Positions 33,947 to 43,200 of a stretch of DNA of 64,000 bases are shown here, in pieces. Positions within the stretch are counted from its first letter, which is position 1; each line of letters begins with the position of its first letter. The DNA is from Eledone cirrhosa (lineage: Eukaryota), in contig OZ024746.1 in NCBI GenBank assembly GCA_964016885.1, positions 40,424,001-40,488,000 of the forward strand, read 5' to 3'. Made by a program: the position numbers and the translations under genes. Under the pieces are notes generated by a model, which saw nothing but the letters and a program-made list of their open reading frames with translations, ran no database searches and was not told the origin of the DNA.

Positions 33947-36900
33947 CTATTGTCCTTTCCAGGGGTCAACTTGCATTTTAGCATACATATCGAAAAAACA
34001 AATTTGATAGTTTTTATCAGCATTGTTGTCCCAGTAGACATTATCACCAGCCTGGTAACAAACTGCAAACTGCATTTTAGTATTAAAGACTGTCGGAACA
34101 TTCATTTCAAAGGTGTATGTTTCGTATGGATATGTGTACTCTGTATTAGACAAACTAGCAGGTACATCAATGCAAGTCTTCCATCCATCAAAGCTGCATC
34201 GTATAAATACGTTTTTCTTTACATTTAAATTTTTAACTTTGATGCTACCAGTTAACATGAAGTCCTTATTAAAAACGTGTTCTAAAGCTACAAAGTCTCT
34301 CTCAAGGCGACTTTTAAAAGTGACGTAATCAGCAGCAGGTTTGGAAACATTCAAGCAAATAGCTGATTTTCTAATATGTTTGGTTTCTTTTATTGATGAA
34401 GCCATATCCCAAGCAGAGTTAGTTGAAAATGATGTTACACCTTTCTTTAATACACTTGGGTAGCATTTTGGTAAGACAGCTTCAGTTTCACTTGAACGGA
34501 ATTTAGAGAGCATTTCTTGCTGGATCGTATGGGTAGATACTATTTCATAGTTTTTACTGTCATTATTGTCCCAGTAAGTCTGATTATCACTTTTATAGCA
34601 GACTGCAAAAACGACATGCATGATTTCTTCAAAGGACACTGGCATGGTTAAGGCAAAGCTAAAAGTTTCATATTGATTCGGGAAGCTGCTAGGGGTATGT
34701 GTGGCAGGAATATCTACGGCTGTCTCCCAAAAATTAAATGAGCAACGGAGAAAAACAGATTTTTTATTCCCCATTGGTTTTATTTTGACAGTTCCAAGAA
34801 TTATGTTATTTCGAAGGAGTACATTTTCTAATGAAACGTATGTTGTTTCAAGTCTGTTACGAAATGTAACATAGTCAGCAGCTGGTTGGCGGAAGCGTAG
34901 GGAAAAGATTTGTTGAGTTGCCGGCGCCTCTTTATCATTTAAATTGGACAAATCTACCTGAGAACTTCTAGGTGATGATGATGATTGAGATGAAGATGTA
35001 GATCCATTTGGTGATGTCATTATAATCTTTGGAATATCTGAACTGATGGAACATTTGGGTCGAGCTGATTGAACATCTGAGCTGAGTTCTTCCTGTAATT
35101 CCTCCATCAAAGCCATTGAAAACATCTCACTAGTTTTCAATGTTGACTGACGCCTAAGCTTTGGTGATGGCAAAGGTTCATTTTCATCAGATTCAATTTG
35201 ATTTTCACTTTCTCTCAAAGATTTAGCAAGAATTTCTTTTGTTTCTAAAACTTCTTTATTGCTGGAAGTTGTGTTTACTGAACTACTGTCTTCAACTTCT
35301 TCATCTTTACTTTCTGATGGCGTACCTTCAGTTATAACATCTTTAACTTCTTTACATGAAGGAGAATTGGCAGAATCCTTTGATTGATCCAGGATATCTT
35401 TCTCTTTGGTAATTACATTTTTGATATCACTTGTGGTTATATCAGTTTGTGATGTGATGCTAGAGTCTGTTTCAGGAATATTTTTAGTTGGTTCTTCTTC
35501 TGACCCTGATTCTGCTTTTTGTAATGCATCAGTTTTGGAAATAGGGTAACCAAAATCAGGCTCAAGTATCACTTTTTTTTCTTCAGGGTCACTTAAGCTG
35601 AAACATTCAAGTTCATTTGACATCATACGAGGAAATTTGATCTCAGATTTGCTCTCTATGGGTCTTCCATGATTCTTCTCTTTAGAATTATTTTGTTTCT
35701 GAGATAAAGGGTGCCTGACTTTACTCAACAAATCAACTCTTACGTCTGATACAGGTGATGAACATGAAGCATCAGTATCACTATTAAGAGAAATATCTCT
35801 TTTAAATGAGGATAAATCTTTAGCAATGTCTTCAAATTCAAAAGATCCACTCCTATTAATTACTGGAGTTTGAGATTTCCTTTTAAATGAAGAATGTGTT
35901 GTGCTGGTTTTAATATCTGAATCTGTTATCTCATCCTGGCTACTGTGGCCACTTGATCCTTCTAAAATTGGAAATTTTTTTTCATTATACTTTGAAGGCA
36001 ACTGAGAAAACTCAGAAAAATGCTGATCTCTATCACCAGATGAATAATAATCACTTGTAATTGATTGATCTAGTAAATCATTATCATATGAAATATGCCC
36101 TCCATGCTGGAAGGAATCACTGTCATAAGATCCATGCAGTTGTTCATTGTTGTCTAGGAGGGAAATTCGTTCGTTCTCTACTGAACGATCATCATAACCA
36201 GATGAATGAGATATTGCTTCTTCCAGAAAGTGTGACTCATTCAGATTTGCAAGTAAGTTAGTATCTTCACTAATATCTAAAGAATGAGAACCATCTCTCT
36301 GGAAATAGATGTTTTCTTCATTCAGATCCAATAATTCACCTCCCGTTTCACTGACACCCATAAACTCTTCCTTGCTGAATCCTTCTTTTTCAAGAAGTTC
36401 TCGAAAATCAAGAAATTCCTCAGGAGGGGACGGAAATTCATCATTATTTTCATTTTTCTGCTCATCGTTATCTTCCAATGAAGCTTTATTAAAATGGCTT
36501 TCATTTTCATTTCTGTCATCTTTTTTCCCTACATCTCCATCGTTATCATGTGGAAAAGTAGAAGATAATTCACAGGGTGAAAAATATGGGACATCATGTT
36601 CAAATGATATCTGTCTCTCTATCTGTTCCTCTTCAAGGGGCAGGTCAACTGAATCAGATATTGTATCAAAATTACTGGAAGGATCATTATTTGTTGGTTC
36701 ATCTTCAAATGACACTCTTTTTGTTAGAATATATTTTCCAAAAGATGTCAGTGGATATTCTTTGAAACTTTCTTGAGGTGTCTCATTTTGGGAAATACAT
36801 TTTTGAGCATTGTCAATGCATGTAGATACAGTCTTATCTGCAAAATCAGATATATTTGAAGGAGAAGCAAGTTCCATCAATTTATTCTCTGGAGTCGGGG

Positions 36901-38287
36901 AGTCATGGGAACTGTCAGAATCAGGAAGGAAAAGGTCTGTAGAACACACAGTTTCTGAATCAGTAGATAGTTGGCAAGTTCTTTTACTTTGTATAGGCGG
37001 TGTAGACTCAAGGAATGTTTCTTCATCATCAGCATCATGCTCATCATCATCTTCCCAAAGGTAAGTATGTGAGTCATGAGATAGCAGTTGTTGTTTTTCT
37101 GCTACATTAGGATATCCATCAAAAGAACAATGATCATAAGATTCCTCTGAAAGAGGGTTGTCTACAACACGCACTTGGACCATTTTGTCTTCATCTAATG
37201 TTGTATAAGAACTGTTTGTGCTGATCTGGAATTTAGGTGCATTGCTATTAATTGTTTTGTGATATGGATAGTCATTATAACCTGGAGCTGTATCCCATTT
37301 ATCTGTCAGTGACTGAGAACTGTCTGTAAATGCTTCATTGTTGTGTACCAAAGTGGAAATAATGCATTCCTTGAAGACCTTATAACTTCCATTAGAATCT
37401 CTCTCTACAACTGTCTTCTCCTCCTTATGCAGTGAGCCAGAACTGTGTTTAAAACCCTCATTAATATAGTCAAATACTTTGGGTTTATCATTCACTTCTT
37501 CTGGTAAATTGAAAGACTGATTTCGGAGGCTATCTAATACAGTTTCATTTGCAATGTCAACAAGAACTGATTCGTGGATTTCCTCTGGTGGATCAACATT
37601 GGCAGTGATGAGACGTTTGGGTTGTTCTAAACAGACACAGCTTTGAGTGACTTCAGGTTTTGTTTCTATTATCTTAGCAACTGTGGGAGTAAGTTCAATA
37701 ACAGGTGACAACCTTACTTCGATAAAAGGAGGGGTTTCCTCTCTGGCAAAACGGGTACTAAATTCATCAGTTGGAGTCTTTTCTCTTAAGAAATCTGGTT
37801 GGTCTAATTGTCCTTGTTCCGTTGTGTAAGATATATAAGCTTTCGTTGGTGTTCCACCATACTTTTTCGAAAGGATTGGTTGACGGTCATTGTTATTAGG
37901 GCTGCCATCCTCGATAGACATGTGCTTGGAAAGAGATCTGTTTTTAAATCGTTCTTTGAGTTCTTTTATAATGGGGTCATCACTATATCCTGAAATAGCA
38001 TTTGGAGGTTTCGTGTAGACTGGATGAATTAAGGGATTTGTATTTGAGTTTGTATGTGCACAAATCTTTGTAGGTGAAGAAAGGAGCACGTTAATTTTCT
38101 CAAAACTGTGCGTTCTTTCTTCATTATTAGATTCAGGTTGTCTCTCAATAATATGGAGTTCGTGGGGTTTCAACGAGGCCGCGATTGGCGTTTTCTCTTC
38201 CAGGGGCTTCGCCGCTGATTTTGAAAAGTCACCGTTTTCATCGTCATCAGCATGACAACATCCCATGCGAGAGAAATAATTCCCCAT
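33947..38287 (-). CDS. PPP1R3-like protein phosphatase 1 glycogen-targeting subunit, 1446 aa, with two tandem CBM21 domains and a long acidic/Ser-rich disordered region
   Basis: Two copies of PAADYVTF..RLE...V.LE.V / G(T/S)(V/I)K(I/V)K....KK.VF.RCSF..W / FAVCY......YWDNN..KNY, the CBM21 signatures of PPP1R3B/C. RVxF motif KRVSF at aa 523-527. Uninterrupted 4.3-kb ORF. Confidence 0.9.
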   Translation of the reverse strand: MGNYFSRMGCCHADDDENGDFSKSAAKPLEEKTPIAASLKPHELHIIERQPESNNEERTHSFEKINVLLSSPTKICAHTNSNTNPLIHPVYTKPPNAISGYSDDPIIKELKERFKNRSLSKHMSIEDGSPNNNDRQPILSKKYGGTPTKAYISYTTEQGQLDQPDFLREKTPTDEFSTRFAREETPPFIEVRLSPVIELTPTVAKIIETKPEVTQSCVCLEQPKRLITANVDPPEEIHESVLVDIANETVLDSLRNQSFNLPEEVNDKPKVFDYINEGFKHSSGSLHKEEKTVVERDSNGSYKVFKECIISTLVHNNEAFTDSSQSLTDKWDTAPGYNDYPYHKTINSNAPKFQISTNSSYTTLDEDKMVQVRVVDNPLSEESYDHCSFDGYPNVAEKQQLLSHDSHTYLWEDDDEHDADDEETFLESTPPIQSKRTCQLSTDSETVCSTDLFLPDSDSSHDSPTPENKLMELASPSNISDFADKTVSTCIDNAQKCISQNETPQESFKEYPLTSFGKYILTKRVSFEDEPTNNDPSSNFDTISDSVDLPLEEEQIERQISFEHDVPYFSPCELSSTFPHDNDGDVGKKDDRNENESHFNKASLEDNDEQKNENNDEFPSPPEEFLDFRELLEKEGFSKEEFMGVSETGGELLDLNEENIYFQRDGSHSLDISEDTNLLANLNESHFLEEAISHSSGYDDRSVENERISLLDNNEQLHGSYDSDSFQHGGHISYDNDLLDQSITSDYYSSGDRDQHFSEFSQLPSKYNEKKFPILEGSSGHSSQDEITDSDIKTSTTHSSFKRKSQTPVINRSGSFEFEDIAKDLSSFKRDISLNSDTDASCSSPVSDVRVDLLSKVRHPLSQKQNNSKEKNHGRPIESKSEIKFPRMMSNELECFSLSDPEEKKVILEPDFGYPISKTDALQKAESGSEEEPTKNIPETDSSITSQTDITTSDIKNVITKEKDILDQSKDSANSPSCKEVKDVITEGTPSESKDEEVEDSSSVNTTSSNKEVLETKEILAKSLRESENQIESDENEPLPSPKLRRQSTLKTSEMFSMALMEELQEELSSDVQSARPKCSISSDIPKIIMTSPNGSTSSSQSSSSPRSSQVDLSNLNDKEAPATQQIFSLRFRQPAADYVTFRNRLETTYVSLENVLLRNNIILGTVKIKPMGNKKSVFLRCSFNFWETAVDIPATHTPSSFPNQYETFSFALTMPVSFEEIMHVVFAVCYKSDNQTYWDNNDSKNYEIVSTHTIQQEMLSKFRSSETEAVLPKCYPSVLKKGVTSFSTNSAWDMASSIKETKHIRKSAICLNVSKPAADYVTFKSRLERDFVALEHVFNKDFMLTGSIKVKNLNVKKNVFIRCSFDGWKTCIDVPASLSNTEYTYPYETYTFEMNVPTVFNTKMQFAVCYQAGDNVYWDNNADKNYQICFFDMYAKMQVDPWKGQ

Positions 38288-38584
38288 TCTTCTTTATTAT
38301 TACACAGAAGAATCTAAAAAAGAAAATAAACACCATAAAAATTTTGCGACAAAAACCACGTTCGGCAAAGCCGAAAATAAACGTCCTTGAGCTTAACTAC
38401 TTTGGCAGGAAGCAACGTCAAGGTCACTTGTGTTTTTCTCTACTACACATCATCGCTAGCGCACACATGTGTTTATAGACCTGTTGCATAGCGTCAGTAG
38501 GCACACAAAATCCCCTCCCACACCAAAATATAAAGAAAGAATAAGAATGATGCATCTTATAACAATAATATTCAATAATAATAA

Positions 38585-39170
38585 TGACTGTTTCTACGTT
38601 AGGCACAAGGCCAGCAATTATCCAGTGCATTACTGGTACTTTTATTTTATCGACCCCGGAAGGATGAAAGGCAAAGTTAACCTTGGCGGGATTTGAACTC
38701 AGAATGGCAACAATCAATAATATTTGATAATAATAATAATTGTTTCTGATTTAGGCATAAGGCCAACAGTTTTCAGGGAGAGGGGAATGTCGATTAAATC
38801 GACCCCAGCACTGGTTCTTTATTTTATCAACCCCTTAAGGATGAAAGGCAAAGCTAACCTCGGCGGGATTTGAAAGCTGTACATACAACGCCGTAACTAA
38901 ACACCGCAAAACAGGTTTTGATGGTTATAATAATGGTTTCTTATATAGGCACAGGCCAGCAATTTGGGGAGAGGGGAAAGTCGATTAAATCGACTCCAGT
39001 GCGTGACTGGTACTTTAATTTATCGACCTCGTAAGGATGAAACGCAACGCTAACCTCGGCGTAAAGCTGTACATACAACGCCCTAAACACCGCAAAACAG
39101 GTTTTAATGGTAATAAAAATAATAATGATTTCTGATTTAGGCACAAGGCTAGCAATTTTGGGGAAGAATA
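38585..39170 (-). mobile_element. Cluster of 3-4 partial copies of a second SINE family (other copies near 6566-6720, 13750-13935, 19715-19897, 22745-22925, 47720-47930, 59075-59225, 59555-59745)
   Basis: Recurrent GGCACAAGGCCAGCAATT...GGATGAAAGGCAAAGTTAACCTCGGCGGGATTTGAACTC, with a B-box-like GAGTTCAAATCCC on the sense strand. Confidence 0.8.
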
Positions 39171-39978
39171 ACATCTTTTATTAGCTACAAGCCACTAAAA
39201 CACCGGGGACAATACAACACGAAAAGCAACACAATAGTGGAGATTTATATCGAGAGAAAGAAAGGCGACATCAACGGAGGGAAAATAGTAGACAATAACA
39301 TCTTATCAATGAAACTGATACACTGAAAATGAAAATGATAATCAATAAAAAAAATTGTGAAAATGGAAATCGTTCAATCCATGATTATAGTATATAAAAG
39401 CTATTTTTTGCACTAATTATATCGTCTTATTTTATTTTGCATTCCTTCACACTGAACATTTTTACCAATTAGTTATGTACGTATATAAAGCAATGCTTTT
39501 ATTGTCATAATCAGTAGTAAACTCCTTTATATATATTCCTTTTGTGCACCCGTTTAACATTACCTACTTATATACATAGTCTCCTTGTCTTTTCAAACAC
39601 ACACACAAATTCTCTCTTTCGCACGTTCTTCTTTCCATAACTACGATGATGATTATACATGCACGTATACAAACAAACAACATTATCATAACGTGCCAAA
39701 TGTAGAAACAATTATCATAACGACTGGTTGTTGTTAATAAAGCAATCGGTACAGAGTCGGTTTTTATGTCTTACGATATAGAAAGTTGGGTATCTGTGAG
39801 ATAAATTCAAGTTTCACTGGGCCGATTTTATCATTCAGCACATAAACACCGAATTTAAAATAAAATGCGTCTTATACTTAACCGAAAGAAATATAGAGAC
39901 ACACAGTATACATAAAACTAACGCAACATTTGATTACTAACTGGAAATGAATGCATTGTCAAAAATGTAGTTACTTAC

Positions 39979-40190
39979 CGAGGGCACTTCTCGCTAGTAA
40001 ATAATGTCGCATGTTTAACGGTACCAGCGGCGACAGAATAATATCCGTGTCTTTTTTTGGCATTTAGTAAAGCAGCAATTAGACCTGAAACGCGGTTAGT
40101 TCTGTTCTTCTCATCCAAGTTGCTCTTTCTGCTCCTCTAACCTGTCTTTCTCTTTCCCTCTTTGTATCCGTCTCTTTGAGATTTCAGCCT
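39979..40190 (-). other. Predicted first (5' UTR) exon of the PPP1R3-like gene; 5' boundary approximate
   Basis: Strong donor CG|GTAAGT at 39979/39978 and an acceptor TTTTCTTTTTTAG| at 38314/38313, 26 nt upstream of the ATG. The context is non-repetitive and richer in CpG. Confidence 0.55.
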
Positions 40191-40220
40191 GCTTTAGTTG
40201 CCGAAGCCCGTCTGCTGTGA

Positions 40221-40242
40221 TCACGTGACATATGAGCAGCTG
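40221..40242. promoter_or_regulatory. E-box cluster in the putative PPP1R3-like promoter: TCACGTGAC, CATATG, CAGCTG
   Basis: Three CANNTG motifs within 22 bp, just upstream of the predicted first exon. Confidence 0.4.
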
Positions 40243-43200
40243 AGAGTTGCCAGTTAGTATTTGGCAATGAAGCCGAAAGCATCCTAACTTTCACTTTTGA
40301 TGCATTATGTTAACTATATCGACAAACTAAGTAGGAGGAAAGCGTACTCTGTTGCTGCATAGTTTTACATCAAATGTTGCGTACTTTCTCTCTCTCTCTC
40401 TGTTGTATTTTATCGAAGTTATCTTCGAAAGAGAGGTAGACAGGGAGAAAGATAGTGGGGGCGGAAGAAAAGACAAAGAGAAGACATATTACATTGGATT
40501 AAGAATGAGATAAGATGAACGGGAAAAACGCTTTTAATAATTTGGAGTTGTTGCTAAATTTTAATATAATACAATAAAATATATTTGTAAGGGATATACA
40601 GGAGCATGAATATGCATGCATGCATGCATGTATGTATTATGTTACACACACACACATCATTATCAGCGCTTTCACATTCGCCTTCCAAGCCGACACGGGT
40701 TAGAGGAGAATTTTTGAAGCAACATTTTACGGACGGATGCCCTACCTCACGCCAACCCTTTCAGTTACTTCTTATGACATGCTGACATGATATTCCGAAA
40801 AACTGGCATATATATATATTAGCAGGGAAAGTGGATGTCAAAACAACAATGATGATGATATGTGTGTGGGGGAGAGAGAGAATTCCTGGACTGGGCTGTG
40901 TGTTAAGCAAAACACTTCATTTCACGTTGTTCCAGTATATTCAGTTGAAAATGAGTACCAACAATAGCTGAGGGTTTAAACCTGCGATGGACTGGCGTCC
41001 TATCCAGAGAGGAGTTTTATACTTTCAGTCGCTTAACACTACGGAAACCGAGATACGCACCGGCGTGATGAACCTCGGGACTTGAGACAGTCTTTAGATT
41101 TTTTTTATATACTAGGATTTTTTTCAACACGCTGACGCGTATGTGCATATTCTAAAATTTATATGTATGAGTATATAAATATAAACACGCAAACACAGAC
41201 ACACTTACAAAAATATACACTCAGTCATACATTCACACAAATACACATACATCCACACAAATACACAAATACATTCACACAAATACACATACATCCACAC
41301 AAATGCACACATACATTCACACAAATACACACATACATTCACACAAACACATACACTCACACACAGCGTAGCAAATGAAACGCTAGCCGCTGTTTTGCTA
41401 TAGTTTTTTCACCGCCCCTTCTTTCCTTTTACACACACACACATTGTGTGACGCGCAGAAGTCGCTCAAACATAGATATATAGAGAGAGTTAGGGGTGGC
41501 GGTAGAATCCCAACAACGAGCTCATCCGTTTCAACTTGTTTCCACAAGTTTTTTTCCCCCCCTTGAAAAAACTTGTTGAAACGTGTTGAAACGACTGGGC
41601 TTGCTGCTAGGATTCTACCTATTCTGCATCATAGCATGTATCGAATTCTACCCCGTGGTCTTCACACCGTATACTAAACATACGTATCAATTTATTGAAT
41701 TGGTGTATCATCTTAAAGTTGATATTAACCCAGTAATTATTACCATTATCATTATTTTTCAAGTTTTGTAATTGCGTTGTCTAGTATCTCTTATTTTTGT
41801 TGAACCGCTAAAAAACGTAAACACAGGAATGGACAACGTGCTCGCAGAGAGAACGCTCGACAAAATACAATTATAGTATTTTCTTAATGGAATCACTATA
41901 CAGCATCAATCAATGAATGTTATATACAATACACTGCATTAACTATCTTACACATTTTGCTCTCAAAATATATATTTGATAGTTAGAATGTTACATATCG
42001 AGTTCTTTTGATTTGGGAAAGAAAGGGGTGGCCGTTGTGGTGATCTTGCTTGTCTCCCACAACAACAGTGAAATCAAAACATCAGTTTTAAGTGAAAATA
42101 CAAAACACACTCTTAAAGGACAAAAAAAGAAAGGAAATGAAAAAGAAAAGGAAAAAAGAATCAAGCAAGGAAAGAAAAGGAGAGGTGGGGTGACAGGCAC
42201 AACACTCCAGTCTGAGCGGAGCCTCAGCCGCACCCCGCGGACAAAGAGCAGATTGAAACCAGCTCGCTAGGAATTTAACTCTTACTCAATGACGTTCGCC
42301 ACCTTATCACATAAAACAACAACAAGCATTGAATAGTTTTATCTTTATATTTTATTGTAAATCCATTTGCTTTTAGAATGTTTTTCGGAACATAAAGCCC
42401 CCACACAGTACTTAACCAGTAATTTATTTTATTGACCAAAAAGGATGAAAAGCAAAGTTGACCTCGGCGGGATTTGAACTTACGTCAACAGAAAATATTT
42501 TATTAAACATTTCACCATGCCTCGATAATAATAATTGATCTAACAGAGGCAGAAGGCCAGGAATTTGGAGACAAGGGTTTGTCGATTAAAACGCCCACAG
42601 TTGACTAGTACATTATTTGATCTATCCCAAAGAATGATCATGGCAGAATTTAAACTTAGAACGTGAAAGGATTAGAAGAATCGATAAAACGTCGAATAAA
42701 TATTCGATGTTTTAACGATTCTTCCTATCAGACTGTCCCGAAACTGTTTTTTTTGGAATTAATTTTACCATAACACTTGGTAATAACACGGCAGAAGATT
42801 GGCCTGACCTCGATAAAAAGTCGATTTCGGCCTGACGCATTCCTTTCCTCAATTGTGATATTGTTGCTCAATGATTGTATGTAATGTATAACAACAAAGA
42901 GGGTTGTAGAATTGGTGGTGTGATGAACAAAAATTATTTGCCGTATTTAACTGTCTCTTAACATTGTGTTCAAATCCGACTCATGTTGAGATAAACTTTC
43001 CATCCTTATCGATAAAACTAGTCACATACTGTGGTTGATAAAAAAAAATAACCAGTCAAGTATTAGGTGATTTCATATTTCTATAAAACATGGCTGGTTT
43101 TCAATGATTTTAAATTTATGTGGTGCACATAAATGGAGATCAAATTTTAAAAAATTACTGGCGCATTTTAATTTTTAGAAAAAGATAAGTCAGTAAGTTG

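Noticed and set aside
42013-42270. Lys-rich 85-aa ORF as a possible exon
   Set aside because: Low-complexity purine tract with no recognisable domain or supported splice partners; more likely a repeat fragment.
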